Shown piece by piece: positions 25,981 through 34,814 of a stretch of DNA of 64,000 nt. Both the position numbers and the translations under genes were made by a program. Below the pieces are notes generated by a model. The model made no database searches. It was not told where the DNA came from and was given only the letters and a program-made list of their open reading frames with translations. Source of the stretch: an uncultured bacterium (GTDB taxonomy: Bacteria > Acidobacteriota > Thermoanaerobaculia > Multivoradales > JAHZIX01). Position 1 is the first letter of the stretch. Each line of letters opens with the position of its first letter. The stretch lies in the NCBI GenBank assembly GCA_965368975.1, contig CBDUPA010000012.1, positions 64,001-128,000 of the forward strand. Reading direction: 5' to 3'.

Positions 25981-28845
25981 ATGCCCGAGCCGCTGTCTGT
26001 TTTTATTTCCTACTCACAAAAAGACGAGGCCTACCGTGAGGCTTTCGTCACGCACTGCGCCACGTTGCAGCAGCAAGGCTGGATCGATGCCTGGCACGAT
26101 GGCCTGATCCCAACTGGTGAGGAATGGGAAGATGCGATTCTGGGCAAGCTGCGGAGCGCTCAGTTCGTGATGTGCCTGGTGTCGGCGAACTCGCTGGCGT
26201 CGGAGTACTGCTGCAAAGAGCGCGACGATGCGTTGGCGCGCGGTAAGCAATGCCTGGTGATTCCAGTGATTCTGGACGACTGTGACTGGCAGGCTTCACC
26301 GTTCGGTCGGCTGCAAGCCTTGCCCAAGCAGGCGGCGATTGTGCCGGTGGCACTGTGGGAGAACCAGAATAGCGGTTGGAACAGCGTCATCCAGAGTCTG
26401 CGGCAGCTGATCAGGGAATGGTTTCCCACTCGAGCGAAACAGGCGGCCTGGCCGAAGCCCAAGGGGCAGGTTGACGTCAACATCCACCGCCTCCCCACTC
26501 CCGGCCCGACCTTCGTCGGCCGCACGGACGAACTCGCCCGCCTCGACGCTGCCTGGACGAATCCGGACGTCCGCATCTTCAGCGTCGTGGCCGCGGGTGG
26601 CTTCGGCAAGTCGGCGCTGGTGCACCGGTGGACGCAGCAGTTGCAGGCGGACGGCTGGCGGGGCGCGGAGCGGGTGTTTGCGTGGTCGTTCTACTCTCAG
26701 GGGACGGCGGAAGCCCCGCAAGCTGGAGAAAGAGGGTCTCGACGCACGGCGGCGTCGGGGGAGCCGTTCTTGATCGAGGCGTTGGAGTGGTTCGGATGGG
26801 AGGGAGGGATACCCGCTTCAGCGAACAAGAAGGGCGAAGTCCTCGCCGACCTCGTGGCATCGACACGCACGCTCCTGATCCTGGACGGCCTGGAACCACT
26901 GCAACAGAGCAGCGAACTCCCCGGCGAGGCGGGCCACCGACTGCTCGACCCGGGGATCAAGGCGTTCTTGCGCCAGCTGGCGACGAGTAACGCCGAGGGA
27001 TTGTGCGTGCTGACGACACGGCTGCAAGTTGCCGACCTGGCGTCGCGGGAGGCTTCGACGGCGCCGGTGCTGCGGTTGGAGAAGTTGGAGAAGGCGACGG
27101 GCGCGGCGTTGTTGGAGGCGGTGGGGGTGACGGGGCCTCGGAAGGAGCTGGAGCGGGTGAGCAAGGAGTTCGAGGGGCATGCGTTGACGTTGCAGCTCTT
27201 TGGGACCTACCTGGTGAGGTACCACGGCGGCGGCATCAAGCACCGGACGGAGGTGCCGTCGCTTGTGACCAAGAAGGGGTTCCAGAATCCGGTAGAACGG
27301 GTGTTCAAGGCGTACGTCGAGCAGATGACGCCGGAGCAGTTGCGGGTGTTGTTGCTGCTCGGGCTGTTCGACCGTCCCGCCGAGCCGGAGGCGGTGGAGG
27401 CGGTACGGGCGGAGCCGGCGATTGCGGGGCTGACGGAGGGGATCAGCGCGGCGGACGAGGAGGCGTGGGTGGATGCGGTTGTCGAGCTGGAAGACTTGGG
27501 GTTGTTGCGGCGGGAGGGAGGAGCCTTGGACGCTCACCCTCTGGTGCGCGAGAGCTTCGGCGCGCGGTTGCAGACGGAGCACGCGGAGGCGTGGCGACAG
27601 GGCAATCGGCGGCTGTACGAGTATTACCAGGCGTCGACGGACGAGTTCCCGGAGACGCTGGAGCAGATGCTGCCGCTGTACACGGCGGTGGTGCATGGGT
27701 GTCGGGCGGGGTTGGAGCAGGAGGCGCTGCACGAGGTGTTGTTCAAGCGCATCAAGCGGGCTAGCGAATTCTACAGCACCAAGAAGCTCGGCGCCTTCGG
27801 CTCGGAGCTGACGGCGTTAGCGGCGCTGTTCGAGCGGCCCTGGGACCGTCCCGCCGTCGCGCTGACGGCAGCGGCCCAGGCGTGGCTGCTCAACCAGGCC
27901 GCCTTCGTGCTGCGCGCCCTGGGGCGGCTGTCGGAGGCGGTGGCGCCGATGGAGGCGGCGCTGGAGCTCGGCATCAAGCAGGAGAACTGGAAAGCAGCCG
28001 CGACCCGTGCCAGCAACCTCAGCGAGCTGACGCTGACGCTGGGGCGGGTGGCGGATGCGGTCGAGTTCGGGGCGCGCGGCGTCGAGTTGGCGGATCGGAG
28101 TGGGGATGAGTTCCAACGCATGGGTAACCGCACCACCCAGGCCGACGCGCTGCACCAGGCCGGCGTAATCGAGGCCGAATCAGGCGACGCCAGCGCGGCG
28201 CGCTTCGCCGAGGCCGAAGCGCTGCAGGCGGAGCGGCAGCCGCAGTACCCGAAGCTGTACTCGGTTCAGGGCTACCAGTACTGCGACCTGCTGCTGACGC
28301 AGTGCGCGCGGGCTGTGGACGTCTCGGCCGTGGACCTCTCGGCGGGGGAGCGGGCGGAGAAGCTCGACGCGGTGCGGCAGCGGGCGGAGACGACGTTGGC
28401 GTGGTTGACCCAGGCAGGGAAAGACGTCCTATCTGTCGCCCTGGACCACCTGACGCTCGGCCGGGTCCACCTGGCCCTGGAGCAGGTGAGCGAAGCGGCC
28501 CTGGCGCTGGAGCGGGCGGTGGCGGGGCTGCGGCAGGCTGGACACGAGTGGTTTTTACCCGCTGGCCTGTTGGCCCGCGCCGCGCTGCACCGCCACACCG
28601 GCGACGGCACGTCCGCCCGCCGTGACCTCGACGAAGCGCTGGAGATCGCCGAGCGGGGATCGATGCGGCTGCACGAGGCGGATGCGCACCTGGAGTGGGC
28701 GCGGTTGTTGTTGTCGGAGGGGAAGGTCGAGGAGGCGCGGGGGCACGTGGCGGTGGCGCGGCGGATTGTGGACGAGACGGGGTATGGGCGGCGTCAGCCT
28801 GAGATTGCGGAATTAGAGGAAAGGTTGGCGGTAGGTTCTGGGTAG
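25981..28845 (+). CDS. TIR - STAND P-loop NTPase - TPR protein (NLR-like)
   Basis: VFISYSQKD..WHD..SEYCCKE (TIR); FVGRTDEL, AAGGFGKS (Walker A), LLILDGLE (Walker B), LTTR, GHALTL, HPLVRE; C-terminal TPR-like helices. Confidence 0.88.
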   Translation: MPEPLSVFISYSQKDEAYREAFVTHCATLQQQGWIDAWHDGLIPTGEEWEDAILGKLRSAQFVMCLVSANSLASEYCCKERDDALARGKQCLVIPVILDDCDWQASPFGRLQALPKQAAIVPVALWENQNSGWNSVIQSLRQLIREWFPTRAKQAAWPKPKGQVDVNIHRLPTPGPTFVGRTDELARLDAAWTNPDVRIFSVVAAGGFGKSALVHRWTQQLQADGWRGAERVFAWSFYSQGTAEAPQAGERGSRRTAASGEPFLIEALEWFGWEGGIPASANKKGEVLADLVASTRTLLILDGLEPLQQSSELPGEAGHRLLDPGIKAFLRQLATSNAEGLCVLTTRLQVADLASREASTAPVLRLEKLEKATGAALLEAVGVTGPRKELERVSKEFEGHALTLQLFGTYLVRYHGGGIKHRTEVPSLVTKKGFQNPVERVFKAYVEQMTPEQLRVLLLLGLFDRPAEPEAVEAVRAEPAIAGLTEGISAADEEAWVDAVVELEDLGLLRREGGALDAHPLVRESFGARLQTEHAEAWRQGNRRLYEYYQASTDEFPETLEQMLPLYTAVVHGCRAGLEQEALHEVLFKRIKRASEFYSTKKLGAFGSELTALAALFERPWDRPAVALTAAAQAWLLNQAAFVLRALGRLSEAVAPMEAALELGIKQENWKAAATRASNLSELTLTLGRVADAVEFGARGVELADRSGDEFQRMGNRTTQADALHQAGVIEAESGDASAARFAEAEALQAERQPQYPKLYSVQGYQYCDLLLTQCARAVDVSAVDLSAGERAEKLDAVRQRAETTLAWLTQAGKDVLSVALDHLTLGRVHLALEQVSEAALALERAVAGLRQAGHEWFLPAGLLARAALHRHTGDGTSARRDLDEALEIAERGSMRLHEADAHLEWARLLLSEGKVEEARGHVAVARRIVDETGYGRRQPEIAELEERLAVGSG

Positions 28846-28990
28846 GGGCGTCCCCATGTGGGCGCCCTGCGGCGGAACGCCGCATCCGGATCCGGATCCG
28901 GAGGGCGCAATGCCTTGCGCCCCTACGACCCTCCCGCCCCCCGAACGATACGCATGCGGGATGACATTACCGATGCGGACGTTCGGGGTC
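28842..28990. repeat. GTAG-family REP cluster / partial REPIN
   Basis: GTAGGGGCGTCCCCATGTGGGCGCCC (28842-28867) and the inverted GGGCGCAATGCCTTGCGCCCCTAC (28903-28926), followed by the CCCGAACG..CGTTCGGG core seen in the other copies. Confidence 0.75.
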
Positions 28991-29067
28991 CCAGGTTTGA
29001 CCCTCCTTCCACCCCGGTGATAGCGTCCAAACGACCCTACGCCCAAGGAAACCGAAGGAAAAACCCA

Positions 29068-30186
29068 GTGCCCGAATCCTCCGAATCCCTAGCCACCTCG
29101 ACCGACACGCTGGACCTCACCGTCCACCGCGACAAGTCGAGCGAATTCCGCACCATGACGGGCGAGCCGGCGGTGGAGGCGAGCATCATCTTGATCGCGC
29201 ATCCGGAGCACCAGCGCATGGGCACGCGCTACCGCCTGGTACCGGGGGAGATGCTGGAGGTCGGGCGGTCGTCGAAGGCGGGGGTGAGTCTGCCGGAAGT
29301 GGCGGCGTTGTCGAGGGTGCACGCGCGGCTGCAGCATCGCGGGGAGTGGGTGACGCTGGAGGATCTGGGGTCGACCAATGGCACCTACATCAACGGCCGA
29401 CGCCTGCACGAACCGACGGCGCTACACAGTGGCGATCGCTTCCAGGTCTCGTCGGTGCACTTCAAGTTCCTGCACGAGAAAGACGTCGAGGCGGCGTACC
29501 ACGAGGCGATTTACAACCTGGTGGCGCACGACGGGTTGACCGAGGCCTACACCAAGCGCAAGTACGAAGAAGAAGCGGCGCGCGAGCTGGCGCGGGCGGC
29601 GCGGCACCGGCGGCCGTTGTCGTTGATCCTTCTCGACCTCGACCACTTCAAAGACACCAACGACACCCACGGCCACCTGGCCGGCGACGCGCTGCTCAAG
29701 CACTTCGCGGTGGTGGTGCGCCGGCACTTGCGGCCGGAGCAGATCTTCGCCCGCGTGGGCGGCGACGAGTTTGTGGTGCTGTCGCCCGAGATGACGGCGG
29801 CGCAGGCGGAGCGGCTGGCCGAGCGGCTGTGCCACAAGCTGGCGGCGTCGCCGCTGGAGTATGAAGACGTGCGGCTGACGATCTCGGTGTCGTGCGGGGT
29901 CGCCGAGTATGCGATGGACATGGAGCGGCCCGAGGATCTCTACGCCGCTGCCGACCGGGCGCTGTACAAGGCCAAGCTGGCCGGCCGGGGACGCGCCGTG
30001 CGGGCGGAGACGAATTCGGGCGCCATGCCGCCGCTGCCGGGCTCGGACCGCCGGTTCGAGAGCCACGGCTTCGAGGCCGGCTCCGGCAACGACGCGGAGG
30101 AGTCTTCGACCGACGTGGGCGAAGCGAAGGAAGACGCCGCCCAGGATGCGGCTGGCCGCGACCCGCAAGCGGATACGCGGGGCTGA
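29068..30186 (+). CDS. FHA-domain diguanylate cyclase
   Basis: VGRSS, SRVHA, DLGSTNGTYING (FHA); HDGLT, DLDHFK..ND..GH..GD, RVGGDEF, ADRALYKAK. Start uncertain (GTG 29068). Confidence 0.92.
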   Translation: MPESSESLATSTDTLDLTVHRDKSSEFRTMTGEPAVEASIILIAHPEHQRMGTRYRLVPGEMLEVGRSSKAGVSLPEVAALSRVHARLQHRGEWVTLEDLGSTNGTYINGRRLHEPTALHSGDRFQVSSVHFKFLHEKDVEAAYHEAIYNLVAHDGLTEAYTKRKYEEEAARELARAARHRRPLSLILLDLDHFKDTNDTHGHLAGDALLKHFAVVVRRHLRPEQIFARVGGDEFVVLSPEMTAAQAERLAERLCHKLAASPLEYEDVRLTISVSCGVAEYAMDMERPEDLYAAADRALYKAKLAGRGRAVRAETNSGAMPPLPGSDRRFESHGFEAGSGNDAEESSTDVGEAKEDAAQDAAGRDPQADTRG

Positions 30187-30212
30187 CGGCGAGCTTCGCC
30201 GAGGACGTCGAC

Positions 30213-32012
30213 ATGCTGCGCGAACTCCATGTACGCAATCTCGCCGTGCTCGCCGGAGCGGCGGTGGATTTCGCCGCCGGCTTCAATGTGCTCACCGGCG
30301 AGACCGGTGCCGGCAAGTCGATCGTCGTCGACTGCCTGGAACTGCTGGCCGGGGGCCGTGCCAGTGCCGAGCTGATCCGAACCGACGCCGACAAGCTGAT
30401 GGTCTCGGGCGTCTTCGAACCGGCCGGCAACGGCTGGAAGGTGCTGCTCGAAGAGGCCGGGCTGGACGCCGACGGGCGCGAGTTGCTGATCCGCCGCGAG
30501 GTCAGCCGCGAGGGGCGCAACCGGGTGTATGTGAACGACCAGCCGACGACGCTGCGTCTGCTCGCGGACCTGGCACCGTCGCTGCTGCGCATCCACGGCC
30601 AGCGCGACGAGCTGGGGCTGATCTCGCCCGAGCTGCAGCGCGCCTGGCTCGATCGTGCCGGCGGCGACGAGGCCGGCCCACGGCTCGACGCGGTCGCCGA
30701 CGCCCACCGCGCCTGGCGCCGGCTGGCACGGCGGCTCGAGAGCCTGACGGGTGACGAGGAGCTGCGCCGCCAGCGTCTCGACTTGCTGCGCTTCCAGGCG
30801 TCCGAGATCGACGCTGCTGAGGTGCGCGCCGGTGAGGAGGACGAGCTGCGCCAGGAGCGCGACCAGCTGCGCCACCGCGAGGCGGTGGTGGCGGCGCTGT
30901 CCGAGCTGGTCGAGCGGCTGTACGAGGGCGAGACGGCGGTGGTCGACGAGCTGGCCAAGAGTGGCCACCGGCTGCAGGACATCGGCGAGTGGGAGCCCGC
31001 GGCAGCGAGCTGGACGACGGAACTCGAGGAGCTGCGCATCCGCGCCGAGGAGGTGGCGCGCGGCGTGCGCGAGCGCCTGGACGGCATGGAGAGCGACCCG
31101 CGACGCCTCAACGCGGTGGAGGACCGGCTGTCGACGCTCGAACGCCTGTGCCGCAAGTACCATGGCACGACCGACGACATCCTGGTGCGGCGCGCCGAGA
31201 TCGCCGCCGAGCTCGAAGAGCTGGAAGGCGACGCCGAGAACGTCGAGGAGCTGGAGGCCGAGGCGGCGGCGGCGCTGGACGTCTATCGCAAGGCCGCGCT
31301 GGCGCTGTCGGCGGCGCGCGTGCGCTGGGGACAGGGGCTGGCCGAGCGCATGACCGCCGAGCTGGCCGACCTGGCGCTGGCGCAGGCGCGGCTGGAGGTG
31401 CGGCTGGAGCGCAGGCCACAGCCGAGCAGTCCGCTGCTCGTCGACGGCGTGGCGGTCGACTTCTCGGCGGCGGGTGTCGACCAGGTCGCATTCTACTTCG
31501 CGCCCAACCCCGGCGAGGCACCGCAGCCGCTGTCCAAGATCGCTTCTGGCGGTGAGCTGTCGCGCTTGTCGCTCGCTTTGCAGCTCGCGGCGCGGGCCGA
31601 AGGCATGCAAGATCGACCGACGCTGGTGTTCGACGAGGTCGACACCGGCATCGGCGGTGCCGAGGGTGCGGCGCTGGGGGCCAAGCTGCGACGCCTGGCG
31701 CGCGGTGGCCAGATCTTTGCCGTCACCCATCTGCCGCAGGTGGCCAGCTGCGGCGACCACCACCTGAAGGTGAGCAAGGAAGTGCGTGGCGGCCGGACCT
31801 TCGCCGAGGTCGAAGCGCTGAGCGACAGTGCCCGCGTCGACGAGGTGGCGCGCATGCTCGGCGGCGAGACGCTGACGGACCTGTCGCGCCAGCACGCGCG
31901 CGAGCTGCTGCGGGATGGCCGTGAGCTACAGCGGGAAGGCACAGAGGGCGATCCGCCCTCCAGCAGCGGCAAGAAGCGCCCACGAGCCAAGCGCGCCGCC
32001 GCCGGGAGCTGA
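30213..32012 (+). CDS. recN: DNA repair protein RecN
   Basis: LTGETGAGKS, IHGQ, NPGE, IASGGELSR, FDEVDTGIGG, VTHLPQVA, EVARMLGG. Confidence 0.97.
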   Translation: MLRELHVRNLAVLAGAAVDFAAGFNVLTGETGAGKSIVVDCLELLAGGRASAELIRTDADKLMVSGVFEPAGNGWKVLLEEAGLDADGRELLIRREVSREGRNRVYVNDQPTTLRLLADLAPSLLRIHGQRDELGLISPELQRAWLDRAGGDEAGPRLDAVADAHRAWRRLARRLESLTGDEELRRQRLDLLRFQASEIDAAEVRAGEEDELRQERDQLRHREAVVAALSELVERLYEGETAVVDELAKSGHRLQDIGEWEPAAASWTTELEELRIRAEEVARGVRERLDGMESDPRRLNAVEDRLSTLERLCRKYHGTTDDILVRRAEIAAELEELEGDAENVEELEAEAAAALDVYRKAALALSAARVRWGQGLAERMTAELADLALAQARLEVRLERRPQPSSPLLVDGVAVDFSAAGVDQVAFYFAPNPGEAPQPLSKIASGGELSRLSLALQLAARAEGMQDRPTLVFDEVDTGIGGAEGAALGAKLRRLARGGQIFAVTHLPQVASCGDHHLKVSKEVRGGRTFAEVEALSDSARVDEVARMLGGETLTDLSRQHARELLRDGRELQREGTEGDPPSSSGKKRPRAKRAAAGS

Positions 32013-32013
32013 C

Positions 32014-32709
32014 GTGGCCGAGGCCGTGGCGCGCTGGAGCTGGGACCACGACCCGGCCGGGGTGCGCGCCCTGCTCGACGCCGGCGGCGTGCTGGCGATC
32101 CCCAGCGAATCGAGCTACGGCCTGGCGGTCGAGCCGACGAGCGTCGCGGGCGTCGAGGCGGTGTACCGGCTCAAGCAGCGCGACGCCGGCAAGCCGCTGC
32201 TGGTGGTGGTGGCGTCGCGGGCGCAGCTCGAAGCGCTCGGCGTCGCGGCACCCGCTCCGGCCTGGCGCGCGCTCGACGCCGCTTGGCCGGCACCCTTGAC
32301 CGCCGTCTTGCCCCTGGCTCCCGAAGTCGCCGCCGGGAACAATCTTCCTGCCGCGGCCGGTTCTTCTAGCTTGGCGGTGCGCATCCCCGATCACCCGCGG
32401 CTGCGCGCCTGGCTGGCCTGTGTCGGGCCGGTGACCGCCACCAGCGCAAACCTCAGCGGTGAACCTCCCGTACTCAGTGCGGACGGTGCCGCCGAGTTGC
32501 TGGCCCGGCTGGCGCACAGCCCGGGGAACCACGTTCCCGTCGCAGTGATCGAAGGGGATGTGCCCGGCGGCCTCCCCTCGACGCTGATCGCCTGGGCGGG
32601 CTCTGATTCTGATCACCACGATGCCCCCGCCTGGCGCCTGCTGCGCGCCGGGCGCTACGACCTGACTGACACGGACTTCCAACCATTCATGGTACCTTCC
32701 CAGCGATGA
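32014..32709 (+). CDS. tsaC: L-threonylcarbamoyladenylate synthase (Sua5/YrdC)
   Basis: AIPSESSYGL, LKQR..KPL, WPAPLT, AVRIPDHP, TATSANLSG, PSTLI. Confidence 0.88.
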   Translation: MAEAVARWSWDHDPAGVRALLDAGGVLAIPSESSYGLAVEPTSVAGVEAVYRLKQRDAGKPLLVVVASRAQLEALGVAAPAPAWRALDAAWPAPLTAVLPLAPEVAAGNNLPAAAGSSSLAVRIPDHPRLRAWLACVGPVTATSANLSGEPPVLSADGAAELLARLAHSPGNHVPVAVIEGDVPGGLPSTLIAWAGSDSDHHDAPAWRLLRAGRYDLTDTDFQPFMVPSQR

Positions 32710-34814
32710 ACCAACCTCCTGCTCGTTTCCCGCGTCGACGTCTTGCCACCTTCTTTCTCGGCCGCCGCGGTGCCGTGCTGCCGGTCTTGTGGGTCGCTGT
32801 CGTGGCCACCTTGTTGGCCCCTTCCTGGGCGACCGGATCGGCGCTGGCGCAGGACGAGCTGTCTCGCGACGAGTTGCCCGCGCAGCCACCCGTGCCGCAC
32901 GACGAGATCGAAATCTTCGAACTGCACGAGGCGCGCGCCGGCCAGACGGGCTACGGCCTGTCCGTCTTCCAGGGGCGTGAGCCGCAGCGCTTCGAGGTCG
33001 AAGTGATTGGCGTCATGGAAGACTCGTCCGGCCTCGGCGACGCCATCCTGGCGCACCTCAAGGGGCAGGGCCTGGAAGAGAGCGGCGTGCTCGGCGGCAT
33101 GAGCGGCAGCCCGGTGTACATCGAGGGTCGCCTGGCCGGTGCCGTCGCCTTCAGCTGGAATTTCAGCCGCGGCGCCATCGCCGGCATCACGCCGATCCGC
33201 GACATGCGCCGCTTGCGTGTCGAGCCGGTCGCGGAAGTACCCGCGGGCGAGATGGCGAGGTCGGACGCCTCGGTCTCGTCCTCAATCTCCACGACCACCC
33301 GGGAGGGCGCCGTGCCCGTTCCCAGCCTCGACGACCTGCTGCACCGGCGCTTCGACCAAGACCTGCTGCAGCAGCACCTCGCCGCGCTACGCCCGCCGAC
33401 AGTGAGGGGTGGTGGTGGTCCCGAGGCGGCGACGTCCAACGTTCAGTGGCTGGCCAGCGGCTTCAGTGACGGCGGCCGCCAGCTGCTGCGCTCGGCCCTC
33501 GGGCCCGTCACCTTTGGCGCGCCGATCCAGGAGCGGACCAGCGGCGCGGGACTGTTGGAAAGGGGGACACTGCTGGATCGTGGCGGCGACGATGGTGTCT
33601 CCGGCCTGCCCAGCGCGCGTCCGAACGCCCCCGATCTGACCGCGCTCTACGAGCCCGACTTCACCGACGTTGCCAAGCCGGGCGGTGCGGTGATGGCGGC
33701 ACTGGTCTTTGGCGACCTCAAGCTCGCCGCCGCTGGCACCGTCACCGACGTCCAGGGCAACGACGTGGTCGCCTTCGGCCATCCCTTCCTGGGCGCCGGC
33801 CCGGTGCGCCTGCCGATGGCTTCGGCCGACATCGTCACCACCGTCTCCAGCATCTTCAGCTCGTTCAAGGTCTCCAACATCGGCCGATTGGTCGGTACCG
33901 TGTGGCAGGACCGCTCCGCAGGCATCTACGGCCGCTTGGGCGAGGCGCCGCCGATCCTGCCTTTGACGGTGCGCTTGCATCCATCGGCCGGGCCGGGTGC
34001 TGACAGTGCGGAGGTCTACCAGATGTACCTGGCCGAAGCGCGCGACATCACGCCCGCTCTGCTCGGCACCGCCGCCGTCAGCATTCTCGACGTTGCCAGC
34101 CCGCGCCTGGGCGCCGGCAGCGTCGACCTGCGCGCCCGCTTCCAGATCGCTGGCCACGACGAACTGATCGTCGAGCAGAGCTTCGACGCGCCGCAGGCTG
34201 GCGTGCAAGCGATCATCACGACGCTCAGCTACGCCGCCTTCCTGATGCAGACACCGCAGGCGCCGCTCGACCTCGAAGCCATCGAGCTGGATTTCACCCT
34301 GCACCCGCGCCGCCGGCTGCAGACCCTGGTCGATGCCCACCCGCTGCGCACCGTCGTCAAGCCCGGCGAGCGTCTGCCGGTATTCCTCGAACTCGAGTCC
34401 TACACCGGCGGTCGCCAGCGTCGCACCGTCGAGGTGCCGCTACCCGAGCATCTCGACGACGGTACCTACGTGCTGCTGGTCGCCGACGGTGCCAGCGCCG
34501 ATGCGCTGCGCCTGGCGGTCGAGCCGCAAGACCCGACGTCGATCGACGACAGTCTGGCGATGCTGCGCGGCTTCCACTCCAACCGTGAAGTGCACGTCCT
34601 CGGCCTGGTGCCCGACCGCGGCCTGGTGCTCGGCGGCCAGGCCTTGCCGCGCGTGCCGGCGTCGATGCAGACCGTCTGGGGCCAGGCGCCGCCCGGCAGC
34701 ACGCAGCCGCTCAATCTGGCGCTGGTCGACGAGACCAGCTGGACCTGGGACGAACCCGTCGCCGGCCTCGTTCGCATCGATTTGACGGTTCGCCGAGGAA
34801 CCGGCCGTCGATGA
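32706..34814 (+). CDS. SpoIVB/S55-type serine peptidase domain protein, secreted
   Basis: Signal peptide; GMSGSPVYIEGRLAGAV, GTVT, AFGHPF, SSFK. Confidence 0.85.
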   Translation: MNQPPARFPRRRLATFFLGRRGAVLPVLWVAVVATLLAPSWATGSALAQDELSRDELPAQPPVPHDEIEIFELHEARAGQTGYGLSVFQGREPQRFEVEVIGVMEDSSGLGDAILAHLKGQGLEESGVLGGMSGSPVYIEGRLAGAVAFSWNFSRGAIAGITPIRDMRRLRVEPVAEVPAGEMARSDASVSSSISTTTREGAVPVPSLDDLLHRRFDQDLLQQHLAALRPPTVRGGGGPEAATSNVQWLASGFSDGGRQLLRSALGPVTFGAPIQERTSGAGLLERGTLLDRGGDDGVSGLPSARPNAPDLTALYEPDFTDVAKPGGAVMAALVFGDLKLAAAGTVTDVQGNDVVAFGHPFLGAGPVRLPMASADIVTTVSSIFSSFKVSNIGRLVGTVWQDRSAGIYGRLGEAPPILPLTVRLHPSAGPGADSAEVYQMYLAEARDITPALLGTAAVSILDVASPRLGAGSVDLRARFQIAGHDELIVEQSFDAPQAGVQAIITTLSYAAFLMQTPQAPLDLEAIELDFTLHPRRRLQTLVDAHPLRTVVKPGERLPVFLELESYTGGRQRRTVEVPLPEHLDDGTYVLLVADGASADALRLAVEPQDPTSIDDSLAMLRGFHSNREVHVLGLVPDRGLVLGGQALPRVPASMQTVWGQAPPGSTQPLNLALVDETSWTWDEPVAGLVRIDLTVRRGTGRR

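Noticed and set aside
28858-29067. N-terminal extension of the FHA-GGDEF ORF and small ORFs at 37737-38195 and 38889-39140
   Set aside because: They translate REP/REPIN DNA (NALRPYDP appears in several) and are not credible protein sequence.
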